Assembly (NCBI GenBank): GCA_965238175.1
Contig: CBDEGZ010000003.1
Location: 512,001 to 576,000 of the forward strand
Reading direction: 5' to 3'
Length of the DNA: 64,000 bases
Source: Gammaproteobacteria bacterium
Lineage (GTDB): Bacteria; Pseudomonadota; Gammaproteobacteria; CAJXQU01
A model generated the notes under the pieces. It saw nothing but the letters and a program-made list of their open reading frames with translations. It was not told the origin of the DNA and did not search any database. The translations under genes and the position numbers were made by a program. Of the stretch, positions 43,142 through 53,828 are shown in pieces. The number at the start of each line of letters is the position of its first letter. Positions within the stretch are counted from its first letter, which is position 1.

Positions 43142-44407
43142 ATGACCAAAAAAAATGCGTTTTATGCACAATCAGGTGGTGTTACTGCCGTTATCAATGC
43201 TTCTGCTTGTGGCGTTATCCAGGCAGCCCGTGAAAATAGCGACAAGATAAGTAAAGTATATGCTGGTCGAAATGGTATTATTGGCGCATTAACTGAAGAT
43301 TTGATCGATACTTCTTTAGAATCAGACGAAGATATCCAAGCCCTTAGACATACACCTTCCGGCGCATTCGGTTCATGTCGTTATAAACTAAAACCAACCG
43401 AAGAGGGTACCGCTGAATACGAACGAATTATTGAAGTGTTAAAAGCCCACGATATAGGCTATTTTTTCTACAATGGTGGTGGTGATTCGCAAGACACTTC
43501 TCACAAAATGGCAATTATGAGTAAAAAGTTGGGTTACCCGATCACTTGTATCGGCGTACCAAAAACGGTTGATAATGATCTACCGATCACCGACAACTGC
43601 CCCGGTTTTGGATCAGTCGCAAAATATGTCGCTGTTTCCATTCGTGAAGCCAGTTTTGATGTTGCCTCCATGGCCAAAACATCAACCAAAGTGTTCGTGA
43701 TGGAAGTTATGGGCCGTCACGCAGGTTGGATTGCCGCAGCGGGTGCCCTGGCCGCAGAAAAAGAAGGTGATTCACCACATATAATTCTTTTCCCCGAAGT
43801 TGTTTTTGATCAAGAAAAATTTCTGGCTCGAGTCAAACAATGTGTGGAGAACTACGGTTATTGTGCAATTGTCGTTTCCGAAGGACTCCAAAATACAGAA
43901 AGGGAATTCATGTCAGAAGCCGGCGGCACAGATGCTTTTGGACACGCTCAGCTCGGTGGCGTCGCTCCCGTTATTGCACAGATCATAAAAGATGCCCATG
44001 GTTATAAGTATCATTGGGCAGTTGCGGATTACCTACAGCGAGCAGCACGACATATCGCTTCTAAAACGGATGTTGAGCAAGCCTATGCGCTTGGACGTGC
44101 GGCAGTAGAATTTGCGTTAGATGGGAAAAATGCGGTTATGCCTACTATTGTCAGGACGTCTGATCAACCATACCAATGGGAGATCGGGGAGGCGCAATTA
44201 GCTGATGTCGCTAATGTCGAAAAGATGATGCCGGATGAATATATCTCTGAAGATGGTTTCGGGATTACAGAAGCGTGTCGTCAGTATCTACAACCCTTGA
44301 TCGAAGGTGAAGATTATCCACCATACAAAAATGGACTGCCAGATTATGTGGAATTAAAAAATGAACCTGTTGAAAAGAAGCTTTCACTAAAGTTTGAGAT
44401 AAACTAA
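43142..44407 (+). CDS. pfp: 6-phosphofructokinase, probably PPi-dependent
   Basis: QSGGVTAVIN, GGGDS (Asp at the phosphoryl-donor position), PKTVDND, EVMGR. Confidence 0.85.
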   Translation: MTKKNAFYAQSGGVTAVINASACGVIQAARENSDKISKVYAGRNGIIGALTEDLIDTSLESDEDIQALRHTPSGAFGSCRYKLKPTEEGTAEYERIIEVLKAHDIGYFFYNGGGDSQDTSHKMAIMSKKLGYPITCIGVPKTVDNDLPITDNCPGFGSVAKYVAVSIREASFDVASMAKTSTKVFVMEVMGRHAGWIAAAGALAAEKEGDSPHIILFPEVVFDQEKFLARVKQCVENYGYCAIVVSEGLQNTEREFMSEAGGTDAFGHAQLGGVAPVIAQIIKDAHGYKYHWAVADYLQRAARHIASKTDVEQAYALGRAAVEFALDGKNAVMPTIVRTSDQPYQWEIGEAQLADVANVEKMMPDEYISEDGFGITEACRQYLQPLIEGEDYPPYKNGLPDYVELKNEPVEKKLSLKFEIN

Positions 44408-44580
44408 TTTTTCATTATTAGAGACTACTTAACTGTATGTATGGAATATAACTACAATAAGGGATAAATTTTGAATTGCCGATATTATCGACTATATAGA
44501 GCTTCCCGTTTTGGTTACCCAGTCTTTAAAAGGGTATAAAATATTTTAGGTTTGGTTGGTATAAGAATAACATTGTACTT

Positions 44581-45513
44581 AACCTCAGATCGGTTTAATC
44601 CACCGTTACTAATGCCTGTTTCAAACAATTGAACTCTTCCCCTGACACGTTCAAAGACGGCTTGTTCTCTTTCAGACAATAAGCAATCAACCCACCAATA
44701 AGATTGAGCATAAAGCCATGCACAGAGCCGTGTCTGGAATGTTCTATCTGAGTGATATTCTTCAACTGGTCATTGATCGTTTCAATAATAAAACGCCGAC
44801 TCAACATGGCTCTGTCCCACAAAGAGGTGGCTTTTGCTTTCATGTTTTTCCGGACATTGGTGACCAATTCAACGCCTCACAGAGTTCAGGAACAGGCTGA
44901 CGGTCATCGACATTTCCAGGTGTGATTTTAGCGGCTAGAATATCCCCCTGGTGATTAACAATGAGATGCAGTTTGAACCCATAAAACCAGCCCATGGTGC
45001 CTCGACCTCGTTGAGCAATATCTTTGAAAATACGATGGCGTGGAATACGCAGATTGTGGCACACTTTTAAGGCGGTTGAATCGATAAACGCAACGCCAGT
45101 GGGTTTACCTTTGAGATAAGAAAAGTAGCTGCATAAAGGAACAAGGACGGTCGGCATTACCTCTAGAAAGCGCGTGTAGCTTAGTATCTCGGGAAAGTCC
45201 TTTGCATAGAATTGAGCCACAAAACCTTTGTAATAGTTCTTGAAGTCACGATGGTTGGAGTGATGAAACAGAATAATAATTGTTATGATTTCGCTGGCCT
45301 GCATTCGTCCAACTCGACGACGTTGACGTTTGCCATCGGTCAATAATTGTTGTTCCCACAACGGCATGAAGTGTTGACAGAATTCACCGACATCACAAAA
45401 GATTTCAACTAATTTATACATCGGTCTGTTCTCCTTTTTTTCAATTGTTTGATGACAATTGATCTGATCGGGGAACAGGCCGTTAGTTCATTTTCTTAAA
45501 CCGAGTTGGGGTT
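44581..45513 (-). mobile_element. IS982-family element, second copy, frameshifted by an internal deletion of about 73 bp
   Basis: Same IRs and near-identical sequence to 14556-15600; the GKLYEDKGY segment is missing. Confidence 0.92.
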
Positions 45514-46974
45514 ATTTATAAAGGGGGAATTAAACAATGAAAAAATCACTTTGATCATGTTTGGACTCAGCCAAACAGTCATTGCTGAAGTTCTGAATGG
45601 ACAAACTGTTAATGGGTGGGAAAGTATACAGCTAATAACAATGTTTGGTCTAATATTTTTTGCGGCTGGTATTTTTAGCAATACATTTGCACCTGAGAGT
45701 ATAAGGAGTATATACCTAGTACAGCAGCAAACAGAGTTTTTGTTGGAACAACCATCCTCAACTGTTAAATTAGCCCGTGAACCTTTCAGTCTAATATTTT
45801 TTCAAAACCTTACAATAATGGATTGGATAAAAAATACCATTCTGTTCAGATAGCCGCTGTAACCAATAAGTGACTATTTAATAGCATTCAAGTTGGTAGC
45901 TCTTTAGACGAAATCCCTATGTTTCGTAAAGGCTCAGGACTGGCTGCCTCACCTGGTGGATATAACAGTATTTATATTTCAGAAAAAGGCCATCACTATC
46001 TTTAATTATGAAAATGATAAGAAATATAGAGTTCAATTGATTGAACGCCTCAATAACGGATTTTTAAAACTCAATTTTTCGATAAGCAAAATAAATCTAA
46101 ACAATAAACCTACCCCATTGCTATTGCGCCAATTGAAAGAATGCTGCTTATAGTTATCATTGACAGAAATCTAGATAATGTAATTCAGGAGGGAGAATTA
46201 ACAAAAATAGAAGCTACTTTTTAGATGTGCTAGCGTCATAACAAGTGACTATGTTTCCAAGTCAAGTATTTACGCTCTATTTTCATCCCACATCGTTCCA
46301 TTTTTAACCATTGTACTATTTTCCGAAACGCAGGCAGGTACGGTAGTGACTGATGTTCATTCAATTTTTGAACATGATGGGGATCGGGATGAGAGTTAAC
46401 TCAAAGCAAGAATATAAAAAATTGGCTAATGGAATGTATATACCCATGCCACCTGGAAATTTAGATTTCAGCGAGTCCAAGGGTCTACACAGGAAGGCAG
46501 CGTACGCCGAGAATGGCCTAGTGTGTAATTTGGCCATTTTCAGGTAGGCTAACGTTGTTGTGTGGACGCTTGGACTCGCCCTCGATGCATGTTCCAGACA
46601 GCATTCTACCTCCTGCGTTCATGCAGTCGTTTGGGTGGCCCTATCATTCTCGCTGGGCAGCGTTGTGTTTCTTGAAAAGGGCCAAGCAACTAACAAGCCC
46701 CTTTCCGGCGCAACATGCCTTGCCAGCAAGAATGATAGAGCCACTGACACCTGCATTTCCAGATGGCACGGGTATATAATTGATAGTATAACGATATCTA
46801 TTGAACAGGACATAGGAACAATAAAGGTCAAGTCATCAATAAAATATCAAAACATAAAGGATATTGTTTTTCCAAAACGCATAGATTCCACCTTCGAGCA
46901 AAAAATATAAAGCATAAATCAAACAGGCGAAATAAACATTAATTCAGTTGACTGCATTTTAGAAAAAGCATAAC
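45514..46974 (+). pseudogene. Fragments of decayed accessory/cassette genes
   Basis: Several broken frames. The last (IDSITISIEQ...ILEKA*) ends exactly at GCATAAC, an attC-type R'' core. Confidence 0.45.
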
Positions 46975-47153
46975 AAAAACGAGCAGAGGGAACCTACAGA
47001 TCAAGATTATAAATGGCCTGCATGCTTTGTTGTTTCAGCGGGTTCTGAGATACTTCTAAAATCAAGCGTCGAGCTTGGTGAAGCAAGTAACGTTAGTCTT
47101 CCTAAAGTTCGATTTGACATTGAGGTAAGTTAAGGCACACATTGTTGGTAAAC

Positions 47154-47223
47154 ACATAATAAATTAGGCAGCATCGCCCTTCGGGCTGGACACGCTAATG
47201 TGTGTTGTGCTTGACCGTTATGC
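47154..47223 (+). mobile_element. Degenerate integron attC site
   Basis: ACATAA(T)...GCCCTTCGGGC central hairpin...GTTATGC. Confidence 0.5.
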
Positions 47224-47302
47224 ACAAATATAAAAAACTACATTCGTAATGGTGATAGCGGATATAGCCATTCAATTATTCACCAAATAAAAAGAGAGCA
47301 TT

Positions 47303-47509
47303 ATGAGTAAAGGTACTGTTAAGTGGTTTAGCGCGGACAAAGGTTTCGGTTTTATTACTCCAGAAGACGGAAGTAACGATTTGTTTGTTCATCATTCAGA
47401 AATACAAGCAGGTGGGGGGTATGCAACACTAAATGATGGCCAGGCAGTTGAATTTGAAGTTGGTCAAGGGCAAAAAGGTCCGTGCGCTAACAAGGTTAGT
47501 CCTATTTAA
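47303..47509 (+). CDS. cspA: Cold-shock protein
   Basis: GTVKWF, KGFGFI (RNP1), LFVHHS (RNP2), KGPCA. Confidence 0.95.
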   Translation: MSKGTVKWFSADKGFGFITPEDGSNDLFVHHSEIQAGGGYATLNDGQAVEFEVGQGQKGPCANKVSPI

Positions 47510-47525
47510 ACCAAAAGTTGGAATT

Positions 47526-47626
47526 ACATAACGCCGTGCTCCAGCTGAATTTTTTTCGTTGCTTTTTTTGTGTTTGATAATACAAAAGCTTCCACTCCAA
47601 AAATTCAGTTGAGCACGGCGTTATAT
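47526..47626 (+). mobile_element. Integron attC site
   Basis: R'' ACATAAC, 5 nt, L'' GCTCCAGC ... L' GTTGAGC, 5 nt, R' GTTATAT, with one extrahelical base and canonical spacing, 16 nt after the csp stop. Confidence 0.8.
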
Positions 47627-47661
47627 GTCATTGAACATAAAAGAGAAGTCAAAGTGTTTGT

Positions 47662-48573
47662 ATGTCAAATAGATATTTATTCCTAACATTTCTTATAATT
47701 CTGAATTGCACTACAGTGAGTGCAAAAACTGGTTGTGGTGAGATTGGCATATGGTTGCAAGTCTTAGGCTCTGGTGGGCCGGAACTTGATGACGGTCGAG
47801 CGTCAAGTAGTTATGTTATTTGGCATAAAGGGAAAGCACGACTCCTTATTGATATTGGGAGTGGTAGCATGTTTCGATTTGAGCAAAGCAGAGCGTCGTT
47901 GAATGATCTGGATGTGATTCTATTAAGTCACATGCACGCGGATCACAGCAACGATTTACCTGCTTTGATCAAGGCATCTTTTTTTTCTGATCGAAACCGT
48001 GATTTGTATTTGTATGGTCCAAGTGGTAATAACTTTGTGCCATCTGCTACGAATTTTGTAAAGGATTTATTCGGGCCAGATGGAGCCTATAAATATTTAA
48101 GCAACTATCTTAATGGCAACAACAGTTATCGCTTACTGCCACACGATATCAGTACATCAGGTACAAAAGAACAACTTGTTTTGTCTAATTCTCTTTATCG
48201 CTTGGTTGCTGCGCCAGTACATCATGGCCCAATACCAGCATTAGCCTGGCGGGTAGAAATTGGGGGAAAGCTGATTGTCTTTAGCGGCGATATGAACAAC
48301 GACAATAACACTCTTGCAACCTTAGCAAAACAGGCGGATTTATTAGTAGCTCATCATGCTGTACCAGAAGGAATAAAAGGGGTAGCACGTAACCTGCACA
48401 TGCCGCCTTCGGTAATTGGTCAAATTGCAGCGAAAGCCCGTGTTAAAACATTAGTTTTATCACACCGTATGAATCGTACGCTCGGACAGGAACAAATCTC
48501 AACGGCACAAATACGTCAACAGTATAACGGCCCAATACAATTTGCTGATGATTTACAATGTTTCAGAATTTAA
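47662..48573 (+). CDS. Secreted MBL-fold hydrolase (RNase Z/arylsulfatase-like)
   Basis: Signal peptide, LGSGGP, SHMHADH, VFSGD, LSH. Confidence 0.88.
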   Translation: MSNRYLFLTFLIILNCTTVSAKTGCGEIGIWLQVLGSGGPELDDGRASSSYVIWHKGKARLLIDIGSGSMFRFEQSRASLNDLDVILLSHMHADHSNDLPALIKASFFSDRNRDLYLYGPSGNNFVPSATNFVKDLFGPDGAYKYLSNYLNGNNSYRLLPHDISTSGTKEQLVLSNSLYRLVAAPVHHGPIPALAWRVEIGGKLIVFSGDMNNDNNTLATLAKQADLLVAHHAVPEGIKGVARNLHMPPSVIGQIAAKARVKTLVLSHRMNRTLGQEQISTAQIRQQYNGPIQFADDLQCFRI

Positions 48574-48742
48574 CTGAACGTATTAAATGGGCAAGCAACA
48601 TCATGCAATAACAATACAAATGTACTTGGACTCTCGTAGGAGGCAAGGCTACACAATTAGGCTGTTTGACAACTGAACCAACTCAAATAGCTTCCCACAT
48701 CGTACATAAATAAAGAACGCGTAAATGGGCTTAGACTCTGAG

Positions 48743-49308
48743 TGGTTCCCCCCCGACTGAGCGGAGACTTCATTAAGAGTGATAATACACTCAGAGGAGA
48801 AGCATAGACAAACGAACAAAGTACAGTCAAGAATACAAACATGAAGCAGTAAAACTCACAAATCAATCGGATAATTCTCTGACACAAGTGGCTCATCACT
48901 TAGGGAACAATGCCAACATGTTGTCTCGTTAGCGGCAGCAATTTTCAGAGCCAAACAAAACCACATTTCCAGGGTAAGGCAATACATGAGAACAAGAATT
49001 GTCCCAATTAAAACGTGAGCTTCAACAGGTAAAAAAGAACGGGATTTTTTACGAGAAGCGGCAACAAGATAACAGCCGTTTGATGCGACAGATTAAAGCC
49101 ATTCACACTGATAGTGATGCGGTTTATGGCAGCCCTCGTATTTGGGAAGAACTCCGTTATCAGGGTGAAACTTGCCGTCTCAACAGAGTTGCACGACTGG
49201 TAAAGTCTGCCGACATTGTCGGCATTCCTGCTAGCAAACAATGGCGCAAACGAACGTCGTCTAAACGACCAGAGCATGTCATTAATCATCTGGACCGCGA
49301 CTTCACAT
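48743..49308 (+). mobile_element. Truncated defective IS3-family element (left 566 bp)
   Basis: Inverted copy of 61162-61727; begins TGGTTCCCCCCCGACTGAGCGGAGACT. Confidence 0.9.
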
Positions 49309-49412
49309 TCGGTTTAATCATCGGCCTAATAACCTTTATTATGTACTTTTAAAACTGCTTCGTGAGAAGCCAATTTAAACGCTTAACTCCCTAAGATCCT
49401 AAGTTATTACAT

Positions 49413-49725
49413 TCTGAAAATAGCTTTGAAATCATTACTCGTGAGTAGCACAAGAAGCAGTCTAACATTCGGTCAAAAGATTACAGCAAAAAGATAATTG
49501 ATCGTTTCGAGAAAAACATCTTTCCTTACATTGATAGCAAGCCTATCGGTGAAGTTACCGCTCCAGCGATGTTATTTGCGCTACGAAAAATAGAAAGCCG
49601 TGGTGTGATTGATACAGCACATCGTATTTACCAGAACTGTGGCCAAGTGTTTAGGTATGCCGTTGCAACTGGCCGTACTGAACGGTGATCCATCGGTTAA
49701 TCTAAAAGACACACTCACCTCCCGT
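49413..49725 (+). pseudogene. P4-like tyrosine integrase fragment (central domain)
   Basis: ENSFEIITRE*...FEKNIFPYI...IESRG..DTAHRI...CGQVFRYAVATGR, with stops. Confidence 0.8.
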
Positions 49726-49808
49726 TAATCGCGAATTACTATTGTATCTGTCACTAAGCTTGATAAGTCGATTATGCTAATTTATATTGACCCAGTTATA
49801 AAATAAAA

Positions 49809-50576
49809 CTAGAAGCAGTCACGCCAACTGAAACCTGCTTCTTGTTCTGCAATACCAATCCAATTTTTTTCACACCCTAAAGCATTAGCTAAGCACGTTT
49901 TAACTTGATCCACACAATTATTTTGTTCGCTCAGATGTGCAGCGATTATGTGTTTAAGTTTGCTTGTATCTATTTTAGATAATAATGCAGCCGCTTGATG
50001 GTTTGCTAGGTGTCCCATCCTCCCAGAAATTCGCTGTTTGAGATGATAAGGGTAAACGCTTTCTGCTAACATTTTGTCGTCATGATTACATTCTAGTATC
50101 AAGGCATCGCAGTGGTTGAATTCGGAAACAATGTGCGGTGTGATATGACCAGTATCAGTTAGCAGGCCAAGATATTTCTCACCATCAGAAAAAATAAATT
50201 GAGAGGGTTCTCTAGCATCATGAGGAACAGTCACAGATTTGATTTGAATGGCATCAATCTCAAACATTTCATGACTATTAAACAGGTGTAAAGCAGAGAG
50301 ATTAGAAAGAGTCTTTTCAGCGGCTTGACGCGTACCTTCAGTGAGCCATACTGGTATATTGTATTTCCTGGCAAGTCGACCGACACCCGCGATATGATCG
50401 CCATGTTCATGTGTGACTAAAATAGCACTTATCTCTTCAGGTTGTCTGTTTAAAGAGGCCAGACGTTTACATGTTTCTTTTAATGAAAATCCATTATCGA
50501 TCAGAAGTATAGTAGTTCCTGATTGAACAAGGGTTGCATTACCTTTACTACCACTGCCCAGAGAAGAAAATTGCAC
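49809..50576 (-). CDS. MBL-fold metallohydrolase (YycJ-like)
   Basis: SLGSGSKGN, THEHGDH, PHDAREP, LECNHD, AHLSEQNN. Confidence 0.9.
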   Translation of the reverse strand: MQFSSLGSGSKGNATLVQSGTTILLIDNGFSLKETCKRLASLNRQPEEISAILVTHEHGDHIAGVGRLARKYNIPVWLTEGTRQAAEKTLSNLSALHLFNSHEMFEIDAIQIKSVTVPHDAREPSQFIFSDGEKYLGLLTDTGHITPHIVSEFNHCDALILECNHDDKMLAESVYPYHLKQRISGRMGHLANHQAAALLSKIDTSKLKHIIAAHLSEQNNCVDQVKTCLANALGCEKNWIGIAEQEAGFSWRDCF

Positions 50577-50600
50577 TATTGAGTTGTTATATCTAAGTTC

Positions 50601-51689
50601 TTATAAGCTAGATTTAATTCGATTAAGAATAGCATCAGCCGTTGCAGAATTATCCCATTTACCATCGTCATTAAGAATGATGATTTCAGTTTTTTCACCT
50701 ACTTCTGCCATGCTAACTTTAAAATCATGATTATCACCTTTCCAGAAAGCTAATTTAGATATCAGGCCTTTCTTCTCCTGTTCACCTAGAAAGGCAATAT
50801 CATAGGTTTTATTGGCTTGATCAGCTTTTTCAACTGTGATGTCAGATTCAGAATTCAGGATTCTACCTACTAATGACCAGGTGGTGGTGGAATCGCTTTG
50901 TACGACAAGGTACATCTTTCCATCGCCAGCGCTGATCAATTCAGCTGTAATGGCAGTAGATATATCTGTGTTTGAATCAGAATCGTGGGCCGTTTCGTCC
51001 AGTGCAGTTGTCGCAACGCTTGTTGTTGGAGATGCGCCACCAAGGGCATTTTGTAATTGCAATGCCATTCTGCGTTCTAGTGGGATATCACGGTCACGCT
51101 CTATCCACAGACCCTGATCAAACTCTTCACCCACATGAGAAAGGTAAACTGAGGTGGTTCCTGCTTCTTCAGCTTGTTCAATGAAGATCTTGAATCTATC
51201 ACGTTTGATGCTGTTCTCGTCTCCTTCCCAATCAGTTTCCATGACACCAAGCTCTTGATCATCAAGATCCATGTTGAAACCTGAATTTGCCCAAAATTCT
51301 TGTAATGTGATCCAAACGTCAGCTGCTGATCCATTAACAACGATTAATTGTTCCCCTGAAATTTCTGCAATAGAGGCGGAATCACTCGATTCGGAATAGA
51401 GGCGATTTTCTTTTTGCTTAGTGACACGATCTTGATAGGTAGAAAAAGTGGCTGAACCTGTTTCATCGATATCCGGCACAGCTAGAGAATCGTCAATTGT
51501 CTCAGTGGTCAGATCGGGAGGAACCTCCAGATCAGGCAAGCTTTCACTTTTTTTGTATTCTTTGCGTTGATCTGAAACGACATCATCAAATTTTGGGAAT
51601 AAGCCAGTGAGGCTGCCACAACCGCCCAAAACCAAACTGGTAAGGACTATAGAAGAGAGAATCGAAAGAGAACGTAAACGGAATGACAT
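50601..51689 (-). CDS. bamC: Outer-membrane assembly lipoprotein BamC/NlpB
   Basis: Lipobox LGGC, LEVPPDL, GVMETDW; downstream of dapA. Confidence 0.8.
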   Translation of the reverse strand: MSFRLRSLSILSSIVLTSLVLGGCGSLTGLFPKFDDVVSDQRKEYKKSESLPDLEVPPDLTTETIDDSLAVPDIDETGSATFSTYQDRVTKQKENRLYSESSDSASIAEISGEQLIVVNGSAADVWITLQEFWANSGFNMDLDDQELGVMETDWEGDENSIKRDRFKIFIEQAEEAGTTSVYLSHVGEEFDQGLWIERDRDIPLERRMALQLQNALGGASPTTSVATTALDETAHDSDSNTDISTAITAELISAGDGKMYLVVQSDSTTTWSLVGRILNSESDITVEKADQANKTYDIAFLGEQEKKGLISKLAFWKGDNHDFKVSMAEVGEKTEIIILNDDGKWDNSATADAILNRIKSSL

Positions 51690-51713
51690 TTAAAAAAACC
51701 TCGTTTGTAATTA

Positions 51714-52607
51714 TTATGAGAGCCGTACTTCAGCTCTTTCCATGGCTTCAATCATCGCAATTTCGCACGACTCAGACATCCAAGTGAGTGGTAGACGCAG
51801 TCCTGCATCCATCAACCCCATTTTGTGTATGGCCCATTTTACCGGAATAGGGTTAGATTCGGTAAATAATTCTTTATGTAAACCTTGTAGTTTCTGATCT
51901 ATTGCAAAAGCAGTTTCACGATCACCACCTAAAGCTGCCATACACATATCATGCATTAGTTTCGGGGCAACATTAGCAGTAACTGAAATTGTGCCATGAC
52001 CACCTTCGAGAATGAACTCGACGGTCGTAGCATCGTCGCCGCTAACTAAGACAAAATTATCACCTGAAAGTTTTTTAATTTCAGCGACTCTACTGAGATC
52101 GCCGGTTGCTTCTTTAACACCGATGATATTTTTGATCTTTGACAAGCGTCCTACTGTCTCGGGTAGCATGTCGCAGGCGGTACGACCTGGGACATTATAG
52201 AGAATAATTGGAATATCAACCGCTTCAGCAACGGCTTTATAATGTTGATAAAGTCCCTCCTGAGTGGGTTTGTTATAGTAAGGGGTGACAAGTAAGGCGG
52301 CATCAGCTCCTACTTCCAAAGCTGCTTTTGTGAGGCGAATTGCTTCGGAAGTTGAATTAGCGCCTGTCCCTGCGATGACAGGAATTCGCTTATTAACTTG
52401 GTCGACAACTTGTCGAACCACCTCAATATGTTCTTCTTCATCAAGTGTAGCAGACTCGCCTGTTGTGCCTACAGCAACAATTGCGTCCGTATCATTCTCG
52501 ATATGAAACTCAACTACCCTTTTAAGTGCTGCTGAGTCAACCGCTGTGTCAGGCCCAAATCCTTCTTCCATGGGGGTAACAATTGCAACCATACTGCCTT
52601 TTAACAT
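51714..52607 (-). CDS. dapA: 4-hydroxy-tetrahydrodipicolinate synthase
   Basis: [31 protein letters not shown]. Confidence 0.97.
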   Translation of the reverse strand: MLKGSMVAIVTPMEEGFGPDTAVDSAALKRVVEFHIENDTDAIVAVGTTGESATLDEEEHIEVVRQVVDQVNKRIPVIAGTGANSTSEAIRLTKAALEVGADAALLVTPYYNKPTQEGLYQHYKAVAEAVDIPIILYNVPGRTACDMLPETVGRLSKIKNIIGVKEATGDLSRVAEIKKLSGDNFVLVSGDDATTVEFILEGGHGTISVTANVAPKLMHDMCMAALGGDRETAFAIDQKLQGLHKELFTESNPIPVKWAIHKMGLMDAGLRLPLTWMSESCEIAMIEAMERAEVRLS

Positions 52608-52833
52608 CCAAAATTACCCTAAAATTCTTCTAAGGTTGTTAATGGTACTGATACGTCGGAAAATTGACAAGAAAAGGTGTGATTGTCTGGCTAAAAAAGG
52701 CACAATTAAATCAAAGGAACCTCTGATGTGTCATCAATGGTCAATTTGAGTCCAAAATATTCAAATTACCTTGTCCCGCATTAATCAGAGATCCCTTAAT
52801 AATAAAATTGATCAGCCATATTGGCATTAAAAC

Positions 52834-53361
52834 ATGAAAAATTTCTTTGTGATTTCAATTCTAGGATCTGCGAAGCCCGATCTAGCAGATCAAATTTTTA
52901 AAGTGGTCACCGACAGCGGTTGTAGTGTTGAAGATGGCCGTATGAGTCATTTAGGTAGTGAACTTGCCCTTTTCGTGATGCCTTCTGGTACCTGGGATGC
53001 TATAGCTAAAATTGAAACGAATATTCCAAAACTCGAAAAAAAGTTAAAAGTGAAAATTAGTTTTGCCAGAACGGAAGCCAGGCAGTCTGGTACAGCATCA
53101 ATGCCATATGCGATAGAGGTTGTTTCGGTTAATCGGGTAGGGCTGGTTTATGATATATCGCGTTTTTTCAGTTCACGCGATATTGTTGTTGAAGATATGT
53201 ACACAGGAACTTATCTTGCCATGCATACCAGAACTGAAATGTTTTCCTTACAACTTACCATCAGTATTCCTACTGAGATCTCCATTGCATCCTTACGTGG
53301 CGATTTTATGGAATTTTGTGATCAGTTGAATATTGATTCAATCATGGAGCCTGTCAAATAA
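52834..53361 (+). CDS. gcvR: Glycine cleavage repressor (double ACT)
   Basis: Two ACT-like domains; conserved position divergent from dapA and before bcp. Confidence 0.85.
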   Translation: MKNFFVISILGSAKPDLADQIFKVVTDSGCSVEDGRMSHLGSELALFVMPSGTWDAIAKIETNIPKLEKKLKVKISFARTEARQSGTASMPYAIEVVSVNRVGLVYDISRFFSSRDIVVEDMYTGTYLAMHTRTEMFSLQLTISIPTEISIASLRGDFMEFCDQLNIDSIMEPVK

Positions 53362-53828
53362 TGAGTGACCTAGCTATCGATAAACTTGTTCCCAACTTTG
53401 AAATTGCAGCGACAGGTGATCAAACTATAAGCCTTGCCGATCAAAAAGGTAAAAATGTTGTTATTTATTTTTATCCAAAAGACAGTACGCCTGGTTGCAC
53501 GCGTGAAGGGCAAGATTTTCGTAATTTATATGATCAATTTATCGTAAAAAACACGGTTGTTTTCGGTGTTTCACGAGATGGGATTAAGTCTCATGAAAAC
53601 TTTAAAACTAAACAGGGGTTCCCTTTTGAGCTACTTTCAGACAAAGAAGAACTACTTTGTGAAATTTTTGATGTTATCAAAGAAAAGAATATGTACGGCA
53701 AGAAATTTATGGGTATCGTACGCAGCACTTTTTTGATCGATGCTGAAGGTGTTTTACGCAAGGAGTGGCGCAAAGTAAAAGTACCTGATCATGCTCAGGA
53801 AGTCTTGGATGCGGTGGACAATCTTTAA
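53361..53828 (+). CDS. bcp: Peroxiredoxin Bcp
   Basis: YFYPKDSTPGCT, RSTFLID. Confidence 0.93.
   Translation: MSDLAIDKLVPNFEIAATGDQTISLADQKGKNVVIYFYPKDSTPGCTREGQDFRNLYDQFIVKNTVVFGVSRDGIKSHENFKTKQGFPFELLSDKEELLCEIFDVIKEKNMYGKKFMGIVRSTFLIDAEGVLRKEWRKVKVPDHAQEVLDAVDNL

Noticed and set aside
46353-46910. Short ORFs in several frames as real genes
   Set aside because: Mutually overlapping, no recognisable motif; better explained as decayed cassette DNA.
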